From: a virus
Taxonomy: Duplodnaviria; Caudoviricetes
Virus record (IMG/VR): IMGVR_UViG_3300006169_000014
Location: 1 to 36,031 of that record
DNA length: 36,031 nt
Direction: 5' to 3' (one strand)
Every line of letters starts with the position of its first letter. Positions within the stretch are counted from its first letter, which is position 1. The position numbers and the translations under genes were made by a program. Below are positions 25,089 through 34,103 of this stretch, one piece after another. The notes under the pieces were generated by a model that saw only the letters and a list, made by a program, of their open reading frames with translations, was not told where the DNA came from and searched no databases.

Positions 25089-26427
25089 GCGCGGCCTCGA
25101 GTCCATCCTCGACCTGCTGGTGCGGCTGTCGCCGCACCTGCTTCGACCGGAGCACTTCGCCGGCTACTGCGCCCGAATCGAACGGGGCGTAGGCGGAGGC
25201 CTCCGCGTCGTCTTCGCCGCCCCGCCCCAGCACGGCAAGACGGAATGCACGCTCCACGGCCTCGTGTGGCTCATCCTCCTGCACCCCGGACGGCGGCACG
25301 CGTACATCACGTTCAGCGTGCGACGCGCGCGCACGATTGCGCGCAAGGTCCGGCGCCTGCTCGTGCGATGCGGCATCGAGGTGTCCGGCACGCTCGACAT
25401 GCTCCAGCTGCCTGCGGGCGGGCAGATCCTGTTCAGCTCGATCGACGGCGGCATCACGGGCGAGCCCGTCGACGGCGTCGCGCTCATCGACGACCCGTAC
25501 AAGAACCGGAAGGAAGCCGATTCGGCGCGCCGCCGCGAGGTGGTGGAGGATTGCTACCGCGAAGCGATCGAGCCGCGGGTGCATGCGACCGCCTCGATCT
25601 TCCTGCTCGCGACGCGGTGGCACCCCGCAGACTTGAGCGGCACGCTCGTCGGCGAGGGCTGGGAATACATCAACCTCCCGGCCATCGCGGAGAACGACAA
25701 CGACCCGAACGGGCGCGCTGTCGGCGAAGCGCTCTTCCCCGCGATGTGGCCGCTGCCCGAGCTCGAGAAGAAGCGAGCCAAGGTCCTCGATTTCACGTGG
25801 GCCGCGCTCTACCAGGGTCGCCCCCGCCCCAAGGGCGGCAAGGTCTTCCACGAGCCGACGTTCTACTCCGAGCTGCCGACGCGCTATCGCGGCGCCTTCG
25901 GCGTCGACCTCGCGTACACGGCGCGCACCAACGCGGATTGGTCGGTGTGCGTGGAGCTCTGGCGCGAGGACACCGACGATCCGGAGCGGCCACGCTTCTA
26001 CGTTCGCCGGGTCGATCGGGCTCGCGTCGAGGCGCCGGCGTTCGCCCTCACGCTGCGCGCGCGCCACCACGAGCACGAGCACTGGGGGATGCTCTGGCGC
26101 GCGAGCGGCACCGAGAAGGGCGCCGCTCAGTTCCTGCAGAAGAACCTGCCCCTCGAAGTGCAGCAACCGCCGGGCGACAAGCTGGTGTCGGCAACGGAGG
26201 TCGCGGCCGCGTGGAACGACGGCCGCGTGCTCCTGCCGGACCCGGAGGCCTTCGAGGACGACGAGCGGTTCGACGGTCTCGAGGATTGGCTCTGGGACTT
26301 CATCGACGTGGTCACCAACTTCACCGGCATGGGCAAGGAGGTCGACGACGACGTCGACGCGCTCGGCAACGCCCACGCCGCGCTCATGCGGAGCAAGATG
26401 CTCGACTACCTGATGACGCAAACCTGA
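24985..26427 (+). CDS. terL: terminase large subunit
   Basis: PPQHGKT Walker A, LIDDPYKN, TRWH, GVDLA, DDDVDA nuclease motif. Confidence 0.92.
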   Translation: MTSPLETIARVRRLQRLAQQARMRRRAQAERRSTERGLESILDLLVRLSPHLLRPEHFAGYCARIERGVGGGLRVVFAAPPQHGKTECTLHGLVWLILLHPGRRHAYITFSVRRARTIARKVRRLLVRCGIEVSGTLDMLQLPAGGQILFSSIDGGITGEPVDGVALIDDPYKNRKEADSARRREVVEDCYREAIEPRVHATASIFLLATRWHPADLSGTLVGEGWEYINLPAIAENDNDPNGRAVGEALFPAMWPLPELEKKRAKVLDFTWAALYQGRPRPKGGKVFHEPTFYSELPTRYRGAFGVDLAYTARTNADWSVCVELWREDTDDPERPRFYVRRVDRARVEAPAFALTLRARHHEHEHWGMLWRASGTEKGAAQFLQKNLPLEVQQPPGDKLVSATEVAAAWNDGRVLLPDPEAFEDDERFDGLEDWLWDFIDVVTNFTGMGKEVDDDVDALGNAHAALMRSKMLDYLMTQT

Positions 26428-26603
26428 TGTCCCTCTTCGGCCTCGTCGTCGCGCTCGTCGTTCTGGTGCTGCTGCTCTACCTGGTCGGGCTGCTGCCACT
26501 CGAGCCGCGCGTCGTGCGCCTCGTGCAGATCGTGGTCGTGGTGATCTGGCTGGGCTGGTTCCTGGGCGCGCTCGGCTGGGGCACGACGACTCGGATCTCC
26601 TGA
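26427..26603 (+). CDS. small two-helix membrane protein
   Basis: MSLFGLVVALVVLVLLLYLVGLLPLEPRVVRLVQIVVVVIWLGWFLGALG; TGATG coupling both sides. Confidence 0.7.
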   Translation: MSLFGLVVALVVLVLLLYLVGLLPLEPRVVRLVQIVVVVIWLGWFLGALGWGTTTRIS

Positions 26604-28285
26604 TGGACGCCGCGACCGAAGACCCCAAGCCGATCAAGACCCTCGACAGCTGGGTCAACCCGACCACGGGCGTAGGCGGCGCGGGCGACAAGAGCGCGGG
26701 GTTCACCTTCGTTCCAGGGACCGATCGGCTCTGGACCGGGCACATCCTCTCGGATCTCTACGAGGTCGACGACATTAGCGCGCGCATCGTGGACGCCGTC
26801 GTCGAAGCCGCGTTCGAGCGTGGCTGGCGGCTCGAGGAGAACCTGCCGCCTGAGCAGTCGGAGGCGACGCGGGACGCGCTCGATCGCCTGCTGGTTCAGA
26901 AGCAGCTCGTCCGAGCGCGCAAGTGGTCGCGCCTTTACGGCGGCGCGGCGCTCTACATCGGCAGCGACGATGGGCCGCAGGACGCGCCACTGCAGTACGG
27001 TGGCCGGCTGCACTTCTTCCAGCCCTACGAGCGCGACGAGCTCCAGCCCAACCGCTACTACGACGACCCGCTGAGCCCCAAGTTCGGCGAAGTATCGCAC
27101 TACCGGCTGACGCCCATGCGGAGCGTGGCGACCGGGCCCTCCGTCATCATCCACGAGTCGCGCCTCATCGTCTTCCAGGGGGTCGACACCACGCCGCGCA
27201 AGCGGGCGCAGAACAATGGCTGGGGGTCGAGCGTCCTCATTCGCCCGATGAAGGCGATCCAGCAGTTCCACGCCGCCTATGCGATCGTGCTGTCGCTGCT
27301 CGGCGATGCCAACCAGAACGTCTACAAGTGGAAGGGCCTCGCCGCCCTCCTCCTGAAGGGAGGAGAGCAAGCCATCGAGGCGCGCATGCGCCTGCTCGAC
27401 CGCGTCCGTTCCACGGTCCGCGGCATCGCCGTCGACGCTGACGAAGAGGACTTCATCCGCAGCCAGATCAACGTGACTGGCATGGACGGATTGCTCGACA
27501 AGTACGCCGTCCGCGTTGCCTCCTCGGCGAAGATGCCCGTGACGGTGCTGATGGGCATGAGCCCGGCCGGGCTCAACGCCACCGGCGAGAGCGACCTACG
27601 AAACTGGGGCTCGCAGGTCGACGTGGAGAAGCGAGAGGAAATGACGCCCGGCCTCGAGCGCTGTATCCGGGTTTTGTTTCGCGCGAGGAACGGTCCAACT
27701 GGTGGAGTCGAACCGGAGACGTGGTCGGTCAAGTTTCCGAGCCTCTTTGCGCCAACGCCACGCGACGAAGCGGAGATCAGGAGCATCAACGCGCAGACCG
27801 ATCAGGTCTACGTCGACATGGGGGTGCTGAGGCCCGCTCAGGTGGCCAAGGCTCGCTTCACCGGAGACACCGAGCAGCAGACGCCTCTGGTTACGCCGGA
27901 GGACATCGCGGCTCTGGAGGCGGCGGGGTCGATGGGAGGCGCCGCGGGCGGCGTGGAGCCGCCAGCACCAGCCCCGGATGCCGGCGCCCCCGGCCTGGCT
28001 GATGCTGCCGCCGAGCTCGTCGACACCGAGGACGACGCCGCCAGCGACACGCCGACGATCGATGAGGTCATCACGCGGCTGTGCGCGAAGATGACTGAGC
28101 ACGGAGTCGACCGCTGTGAGCATGGCACCGTCAACCGCTGCACGAAATGCGGCATCGAGAGGGTCCGAGACTTCGAGCCAGGCCCTGACGGCACGCCCGT
28201 TTGGACCGTTCGGTGGCGCCCCATCGGCACCACGGGGTTCTGGACTCCCCCCGAGCCTGAGCCAGCGCCCGTCGCTGACGCTTGA
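26603..28285 (+). CDS. portal protein (DUF1073-type) with C-terminal extension
   Basis: RLYGGAA, IHESRLI, MPVTVLMGMSPAGLNATGESDLRNW; position after terL. Confidence 0.88.
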   Translation: MDAATEDPKPIKTLDSWVNPTTGVGGAGDKSAGFTFVPGTDRLWTGHILSDLYEVDDISARIVDAVVEAAFERGWRLEENLPPEQSEATRDALDRLLVQKQLVRARKWSRLYGGAALYIGSDDGPQDAPLQYGGRLHFFQPYERDELQPNRYYDDPLSPKFGEVSHYRLTPMRSVATGPSVIIHESRLIVFQGVDTTPRKRAQNNGWGSSVLIRPMKAIQQFHAAYAIVLSLLGDANQNVYKWKGLAALLLKGGEQAIEARMRLLDRVRSTVRGIAVDADEEDFIRSQINVTGMDGLLDKYAVRVASSAKMPVTVLMGMSPAGLNATGESDLRNWGSQVDVEKREEMTPGLERCIRVLFRARNGPTGGVEPETWSVKFPSLFAPTPRDEAEIRSINAQTDQVYVDMGVLRPAQVAKARFTGDTEQQTPLVTPEDIAALEAAGSMGGAAGGVEPPAPAPDAGAPGLADAAAELVDTEDDAASDTPTIDEVITRLCAKMTEHGVDRCEHGTVNRCTKCGIERVRDFEPGPDGTPVWTVRWRPIGTTGFWTPPEPEPAPVADA

Positions 28286-29138
28286 TGCTCGGCGCCAGCC
28301 GCGCCAGCGCGAGCGCGTCGGCAAGCCCCACGCGCTTCCCCTGCAGATCGAGATCGCGTTCGGCAAGCGCATCGACGCGATGTTCGAGCGGCTCCAAGCG
28401 AAGGCGCTGGCCAGGGCGACCGCACGCGCGAGGCGGCTCACGCTGGACGCGGCACCACCGGAAGGCGACGACCGCGCGGGGCTGGCGCGTGAGCTGGAAG
28501 CCACCGTCGACTTCGGGGTGAAGGAGGCCTCCGAGCTCGTCACCGAGGTCGCCAACCACAACGCGCGGCAGATGCGCCGAGCGCTGCAGATCTCGATTCA
28601 GCTGCCCGAGCCACCGCCGAGCACCCGCCGCGAGCCCGGCACCTCCCGGGGCCGACGCGCCGTGCGCCAGGCCGCCAAGGAGGTCGCGATCCAGATCCCC
28701 GAGCTGTCGCGCAAGAATGTCGACCGCATCGCGAAGCGTACCGCGCGCGAGATCAAGGGCATCAGCGGGTCAGTCGCCGATCGCGTCGAGGCCGCCATCG
28801 GGCGCGCCGTGAGCAAGGGAATCCGGGGCGAGGTGCTCGCCAAGGAGCTCGAGCGCGTGCTCGGCATCGAGAAGGCGGCCGCGAAGCGCCTCGCCGTCGG
28901 GCAGGTCATCCGCATCAACAGCGAGGTGACGCGCCAGCGCCACGAGGCGCTCGGCATCAAAGAGTACGTCTGGCGCGCGACGCCCGACCAGCACACGCGC
29001 GCCTGGCACTGGAAGCTCGACAAGACCCGCCAGCGCTACGACAGCCCGCCCGTCGGCGGCGGCGGCGGCCCGAAGGATCGCGGCCACCCGGGCTCTGCCG
29101 ACCGGTGCCGCTGTCAGGCGCTCCCCGTCATCCCATGA
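28116..29138 (+). CDS. minor head morphogenesis protein (SPP1 gp7 / MuF-like); start uncertain
   Basis: YVWRAT-DQHTRAWH and HPGSADRCRCQALPV. Confidence 0.85.
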   Translation: MSMAPSTAARNAASRGSETSSQALTARPFGPFGGAPSAPRGSGLPPSLSQRPSLTLDARRQPRQRERVGKPHALPLQIEIAFGKRIDAMFERLQAKALARATARARRLTLDAAPPEGDDRAGLARELEATVDFGVKEASELVTEVANHNARQMRRALQISIQLPEPPPSTRREPGTSRGRRAVRQAAKEVAIQIPELSRKNVDRIAKRTAREIKGISGSVADRVEAAIGRAVSKGIRGEVLAKELERVLGIEKAAAKRLAVGQVIRINSEVTRQRHEALGIKEYVWRATPDQHTRAWHWKLDKTRQRYDSPPVGGGGGPKDRGHPGSADRCRCQALPVIP

Positions 29139-29485
29139 AGAACCCCATCCCTTGGCGCGGCCAGTGCTTCGTGCACGTGCGGAGCGACGACCTGTACGAC
29201 CTCTACGACCTCGATCCGGCCGGGCACGATGCGGGCTACCTGACGCACGAGCGCACTGGCGGGGCCTGGCTGGCCTCGCTCCGAGGAGCCAAGGCCGTGG
29301 CGCAGCGCGAGCAGCACGGCGCGTTCGAAAGCGATGCCGATGTGGCGCGGCGCGCCCTGAATGAGGCGCTCGGGAAGCTTCGCCTGAAGGTCGCAGCCGA
29401 CCAGAAGTGGCTCGCGGCGATCGACGCGGAAACCGTCGGAACAGCGGTAGCGCTCAGGCCGCTCGCGAAGTGCGGCGCCCAGTGA
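29135..29485 (+). CDS. hypothetical protein
   Basis: MKNPIPWRG...; ATGA coupling. Confidence 0.55.
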   Translation: MKNPIPWRGQCFVHVRSDDLYDLYDLDPAGHDAGYLTHERTGGAWLASLRGAKAVAQREQHGAFESDADVARRALNEALGKLRLKVAADQKWLAAIDAETVGTAVALRPLAKCGAQ

Positions 29486-29582
29486 CCGAGCCCGCTCCCG
29501 CTCCTGCCTTCCGTCCCACGGGCGAGGGGCGTCGCTCGCCGGCTTGGACCTGGGTTTTCCGCGTGCGCCCGAGGGTCACACC

Positions 29583-31250
29583 ATGACCTTCGAGGAGCTG
29601 CTCGCCGCGTACCGGCGGGTCGCCAGCGCTGGCGCGCCGCGCACGGGCAAGACGACCTACACGCGAGCGGTCTCCGATCGCCCCGTCATCCACACCGATG
29701 ACTGGCTCGACTGGCCGTGGGACGACGTGCCAGCGCTGGTCGCGAGCGCATGCGGAGGGCTCGAACGCTTCGTCGTCGAGGGCGTGAGGGCGCCCGATGC
29801 GCTCCGAAAGGGCGGGCTCGAGGTGGATGCCGTCCTCTGGCTCTCGAAGCCAAAGGTCGAGCAGACGCCTGCGCAACGCTCGATGGGCATCGGCGTGCAC
29901 ACGGTGCTCGCTGAGTGGGCCGCAGAGCACCCGGAGGTGCCAATCGTGACGGAGGAACAGGTGAGCGCGCCGACGCTGGACCACGCCGAGCTGCCGCAGA
30001 AGACGCGCCGCTTTTCGATCTTCACGCTGGACGCCTCGCGCATAGAGCGTACGCCACAGGGCGGTCTCCGCGTCCCAGCACGCGTCAGCAAGGCGGGCGT
30101 TTTCCGGTACAAACGGGGCGAGCGCATCCTTCGGGAGTACCGCCCAGCGAGTGAGCTCAAGAAGCCGGAGGCCCTCGGGTCGCTGAAGGGCGCCCCGGTC
30201 GTCGTGCTCCACCCCGACTTGCAGCGTCACGGCGGTGCGGTCGACACGAACAACGCGCGCGAGCTCCAGGTCGGTCACTTCGAGGACCCGGTCTGGAACG
30301 AGGACACGCAGGCGATCGAAGGCTGGGTCGTCACGAACGACGCGGAGACGATCCGGCGCATCGACAGCGGCGAGCTCGCGGACATCTCGAGCGCCTACGA
30401 CAACGGTCGCGACTTCACCCCCGGCTTCACGCCGGCGCGCGAGCCCTATGACCTCGTGCAGACGAACTACGTCTTCAACCACGTGGCGCTCGGGCCGCCC
30501 GGCTGGGGTCGCCAGGGCCAAGACGTCGGGCTGCTGACGCTCGACGCGAACGACAACCAGGTGGCGGCCTTGCCGCCGAGCACAAGCGAGGAACCCATGG
30601 TGGCCAAGGCCGACGACAAGAACGCTCAGCCCGACAAGACGAAGACCCAGGACTCCGAGGGCCAGCAGCCCCCGCCGGCGCCGCCCGCGCCAGCACCGGC
30701 CACCGACAAGCCGAAGACGGGTGACGACGCGGGCGCTGCGGCGACGCTCACGCCCGAGGAAGTCACGTCGCTCAAGACCATCGCCGGAATGCTGCCCGCG
30801 CTCAATCGGCTGCTCAACACGGGCAAGCCCGAAGCGCCGGTACCCGCGCCGGCTCCGGTGAGCGCCGACGGCGCCGACGGCAAGAAGACGCTCGACTCGC
30901 GCGACATCGAGCGCATCGCGCAGGAGGGCGTGGAGGTGCGGACGGAAGCGATCGAGGTGCTCGGCAAGGACTACTCGCCCAAGGGCAAGACGACGCGCGA
31001 CGTGCGCATCGACGTGATCCGCACCTTCGACAGCAAGTTCGACGGCGCGGGCAAGAGCGACGAGGCGATCGTCACGGCCTACACCGTCGCGCTCAAGGCT
31101 GGCGCCGAGCGCAACAAGAACGCCGAGCAGCTGAGCCAGACGCGACGAGCCGGCACTCGCACGATGGACGGGGGCGAAGAGCCCGCACGCAAGCCCATCG
31201 GGCACCAGGCGTACGAGGCATGGCGCGATCCCCCGGCGGCGAAGAACTGA
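29583..31250 (+). CDS. P-loop kinase-like domain fused to DUF2213 prohead protease/scaffold
   Basis: GAPRTGKTT, IHTDD, VVEG; then EYRPASE, LHPD, ISSAY, NHVAL...GRQG; low-complexity scaffold tail. Confidence 0.8.
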   Translation: MTFEELLAAYRRVASAGAPRTGKTTYTRAVSDRPVIHTDDWLDWPWDDVPALVASACGGLERFVVEGVRAPDALRKGGLEVDAVLWLSKPKVEQTPAQRSMGIGVHTVLAEWAAEHPEVPIVTEEQVSAPTLDHAELPQKTRRFSIFTLDASRIERTPQGGLRVPARVSKAGVFRYKRGERILREYRPASELKKPEALGSLKGAPVVVLHPDLQRHGGAVDTNNARELQVGHFEDPVWNEDTQAIEGWVVTNDAETIRRIDSGELADISSAYDNGRDFTPGFTPAREPYDLVQTNYVFNHVALGPPGWGRQGQDVGLLTLDANDNQVAALPPSTSEEPMVAKADDKNAQPDKTKTQDSEGQQPPPAPPAPAPATDKPKTGDDAGAAATLTPEEVTSLKTIAGMLPALNRLLNTGKPEAPVPAPAPVSADGADGKKTLDSRDIERIAQEGVEVRTEAIEVLGKDYSPKGKTTRDVRIDVIRTFDSKFDGAGKSDEAIVTAYTVALKAGAERNKNAEQLSQTRRAGTRTMDGGEEPARKPIGHQAYEAWRDPPAAKN

Positions 31251-31295
31251 GCCCCCTTCGACCGATCACCACCACTCACTCGAACGGAAAGCAAC

Positions 31296-31763
31296 ATGCA
31301 GACCAGCTACAACGTCGATCCCCAAGTCGGGGTAGTCGGAGCACTCGCGGAGTCGGGCTCCAAGACCATCCGCGCGAAGTGCGCCGGCGGCACGGTGCGC
31401 CCAGGGCAATACGTGGTTTTCAGCGGCCTCGTTGCTGGGCATCCCTCAGCAGCGCCCACTCCGCAGACCCGAGGCGGAGTCGTGGTGCGAAACCCGTACA
31501 AGCAGGGTGACGGTTCGTTCGCTGCGGGCGAGATGTTCGACGTGTGCGTCGAAGGTGCGATCTGGGTTTCTACGGAGGACGCGGTCACCGCCAACACCCC
31601 GGCTTTCGTGCGCCACGTGGCCGCTGGCGCCGAGCAACTCGGCGCGTTCCGCTCGAACGCCGACGGGACGGACGCGACGCACATCCCGGGCCTCTACTAT
31701 CGGACCCCGGGCTCCGCCATCGTCAAGCTCGAGGTCAACAAGTCCGCGTACGTCGCCCCATGA
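31296..31763 (+). CDS. head decoration / cement protein
   Basis: 155 aa between scaffold and capsid; GAIWV and GAFR motifs. Confidence 0.7.
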   Translation: MQTSYNVDPQVGVVGALAESGSKTIRAKCAGGTVRPGQYVVFSGLVAGHPSAAPTPQTRGGVVVRNPYKQGDGSFAAGEMFDVCVEGAIWVSTEDAVTANTPAFVRHVAAGAEQLGAFRSNADGTDATHIPGLYYRTPGSAIVKLEVNKSAYVAP

Positions 31764-31770
31764 TTCCCGC

Positions 31771-31799
31771 GCCCCGAGCTCCTCGTTGGGGCTCGGGGC
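31771..31799 (+). other. 12-bp RNA stem-loop upstream of the capsid gene
   Basis: GCCCCGAGCTCC-TCGTT-GGGGCTCGGGGC (one G-U pair); no U tract. Confidence 0.55.
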
Positions 31800-31862
31800 A
31801 TTCGGTCGCCGGCTGACCGCGCGCCGCCAACGAACCCCTTCATTTGCCCTAGGAAAATCGAA

Positions 31863-32876
31863 ATGGACAATCTGGAGAACCTGAAGCCGAGCCGGCGCAA
31901 CCTGGCCCGGGCGCGCGCGCTCACGCACCTCATCAGCGAGGAGATGATCGAGCGCATGCAGCCGCAGCTGCTCACGCTGGACGCGAACGATCTGACCGCC
32001 GTATTCGCCCGCGAGCTCGAGTGGATCGACTCGAAGCTCGAGCGCGAAGAGTTCGCCCCCCTCAAGAGCGAGGCGCTCATCCCGTATCACCCGATGGGCG
32101 GACCCGGCGTCGACACCGTCACCTATCGCAAGGTGACCGAGCTCGGGCAGGCGGAGTTCATCGGCAACGGCACGACGCAGCTGCCGCGGGTCGACGTGGT
32201 TGGTACCGAGTTCAGCCGGCGCGTGGAGAACCTCGGCGTCGCCTGGGCGGTGACGGTGTTCGACCTGCTCAAGGTAGCGGCGAATCCGACCATCCACATC
32301 GACACCGAGCGCAAGGCTGCGGCGGTCAACGCGGTCCGCCGCCTGCACGACCGCACGGCCTTCCAAGGCAATGCACTTCTCGGCTGGACGGGCCTCGTCA
32401 ACGACGCGAACGTGCCCATCGTCACGCCGATCACGGGCGACTGGGCGAACCCGGCGACGCTGCCTCTCCAGATCGTCGCCGACATCAACAAGCTCACGTG
32501 GCAGATCTTCGTCGCCACGAAGGAGCTCTACGAGCCGGAGACGTTGCTGATCCCGACGAGCCTCGGCGTCACGCTGGACATGCCGCTCGGCGCCGATGCG
32601 GACAAGACCGTGCGGACGTACATCCTCTCTAACTCGACGCACATCAAAAAGATCGAGACGACGCACTACCTCGAGACCGCGGGCGTCGGCGGCACGCCCC
32701 GCGTGCTCGCCTACAAGCGGCACCCGGACGTCGTGCGGTACGGCGCCAACGAGATGTTCGCCGAGGAGCCGCAGCAGGCGAAGGGGCTCGAAATCGAGAC
32801 GCCCTGCCATGGCCGCACGAGCGGCACGCAGATCCGCCGTCCGCTCGCCATGGCGTACATGGACGTCGGCCCCTGA
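31863..32876 (+). CDS. major capsid protein (DUF2184 / HK97 fold)
   Basis: FARELEWID, LPRVDV, TGLVNDANV, PETLLIP, GTQIRRPLAMAYMD. Confidence 0.88.
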   Translation: MDNLENLKPSRRNLARARALTHLISEEMIERMQPQLLTLDANDLTAVFARELEWIDSKLEREEFAPLKSEALIPYHPMGGPGVDTVTYRKVTELGQAEFIGNGTTQLPRVDVVGTEFSRRVENLGVAWAVTVFDLLKVAANPTIHIDTERKAAAVNAVRRLHDRTAFQGNALLGWTGLVNDANVPIVTPITGDWANPATLPLQIVADINKLTWQIFVATKELYEPETLLIPTSLGVTLDMPLGADADKTVRTYILSNSTHIKKIETTHYLETAGVGGTPRVLAYKRHPDVVRYGANEMFAEEPQQAKGLEIETPCHGRTSGTQIRRPLAMAYMDVGP

Positions 32877-33096
32877 TCGGCGCGTCGTCGTGCCGCGTCC
32901 GCTCCACCTGCTGCACACCTGCGGCTGCACTCTTCCCAGGTACGACCCCGAGGCGCCGTTCGCGTGCTGTCCCCAGCACGGCTTCGGTCAAGAGACCGTG
33001 GGGGTCGTGCTGCTCCACGAGGCTATCGCCGCGATCTGGTGCGGCTGCGGCAAAGCGCGCCCGGCCCCACCTCCCAACCCCAGTCAGGACCCCTGA
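32875..33096 (+). CDS. Cys/His-rich coding segment, candidate +1 frameshift extension of the capsid
   Basis: +1 frame open from the capsid CCC-TGA to 33096; strong GC3 bias; no clear RBS. Confidence 0.5.
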   Translation, partial: DRRVVVPRPLHLLHTCGCTLPRYDPEAPFACCPQHGFGQETVGVVLLHEAIAAIWCGCGKARPAPPPNPSQDP

Positions 33097-33099
33097 ACC

Positions 33100-33771
33100 A
33101 TGGCCAAGATCCTCCTCAACACGCGCGCGTCGCGTATCACCATCGTCGACAACATCCTGCTCTTGCCGGCGGAGATCAAAGACGACGAGAACCTCGGCAA
33201 GGTCGTCAAGCCCAGCAAGACCTTGATCAGCGAGCGGAGCCAGCCGGGCCTGCCATCGCCGTACGAGCGCATCACGCAGGACCGATCGACGCTGCGGCTC
33301 ATCGCGTCGGGCGTGCTGCAATGGTCGGACGAGAAAGCCGAGGAGCCCGAGCCGGTGCCGAACGTGGTAAGCGGTCCAAACCCGCTGCCGCGCGAGGGCG
33401 ACAAGAACGCCAAGAGGCGCCAGGCCGATCCCGCCGCAGACGTCGATGGACGCGCCCTCATCGATGAGAGCGGGACGCCGCTCGAGGCGCTCGCCCAGGC
33501 CGACACTGCCGTCGTGCGCGCGGCTGGCGCCACGGGCACCACCGCTCCGGCAGCGCCCCCGGGGGCGGGCGCGACGGGCGTGCGGAGCGGCGTCGCGCCG
33601 GCTCCCACCGGCGCCACCGCCCCATCGCCCGAGGGAACAACGGGCACCACAGCGCCCGTGAACCCCGGTGCGGCGGCAAGCGGGACCCAGGAGCGGGTGC
33701 ACACCGACGAAGCGCGTGACGCGCTCCCACACGGCAGCAAGGCGAAGGGCGGCCACAGCAAGGGCGGCTGA
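33100..33771 (+). CDS. hypothetical head-associated protein with Ala/Pro/Thr-rich tail
   Basis: 223 aa after the capsid gene. Confidence 0.65.
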   Translation: MAKILLNTRASRITIVDNILLLPAEIKDDENLGKVVKPSKTLISERSQPGLPSPYERITQDRSTLRLIASGVLQWSDEKAEEPEPVPNVVSGPNPLPREGDKNAKRRQADPAADVDGRALIDESGTPLEALAQADTAVVRAAGATGTTAPAAPPGAGATGVRSGVAPAPTGATAPSPEGTTGTTAPVNPGAAASGTQERVHTDEARDALPHGSKAKGGHSKGG

Positions 33772-34103
33772 TGCCCGTCACGGTCGAGAGCTTCATCGCG
33801 GCCAACACCGTCTTCGACGGACGCCGTCCGGCGGCGGTCCAGGCGGCCATCAACGAGGCCGCCGTGATGTTCGATGCGGGTGTCTGCGGTGACCTCTACG
33901 ACGCGCTCGTCGAGGCGCAGGCGCGCGTCATTCTGTTTGGGGACCCGAACGGTCTGCCCACGAGCGCGACGGGGGACAAGTCGGGCCTGCTCGAGCAGGC
34001 TGAGGCACGCCTCGACCGCCTAAAACGGCTCGTCCCCATCCGGGGAGTCGGAACGACCACGGAGCCCGAGGTCTGGCCGTCCGGAGCCTGGCCCTACCGA
34101 TGA
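33771..34103 (+). CDS. head-tail adaptor (DUF4054-like)
   Basis: size, synteny and TVESFIA...F N-terminus. Confidence 0.55.
   Translation: MPVTVESFIAANTVFDGRRPAAVQAAINEAAVMFDAGVCGDLYDALVEAQARVILFGDPNGLPTSATGDKSGLLEQAEARLDRLKRLVPIRGVGTTTEPEVWPSGAWPYR

Noticed and set aside
26603-28285. Anti-CBASS Acb1 call sometimes attached to DUF1073 proteins
   Set aside because: No paired HxT/S 2H-phosphoesterase motifs seen; motifs and synteny fit a portal
33091-33096. Second CCC-TGA as another +1 frameshift
   Set aside because: The next gene (33100) is in the same frame, not +1, so a shift would not join it
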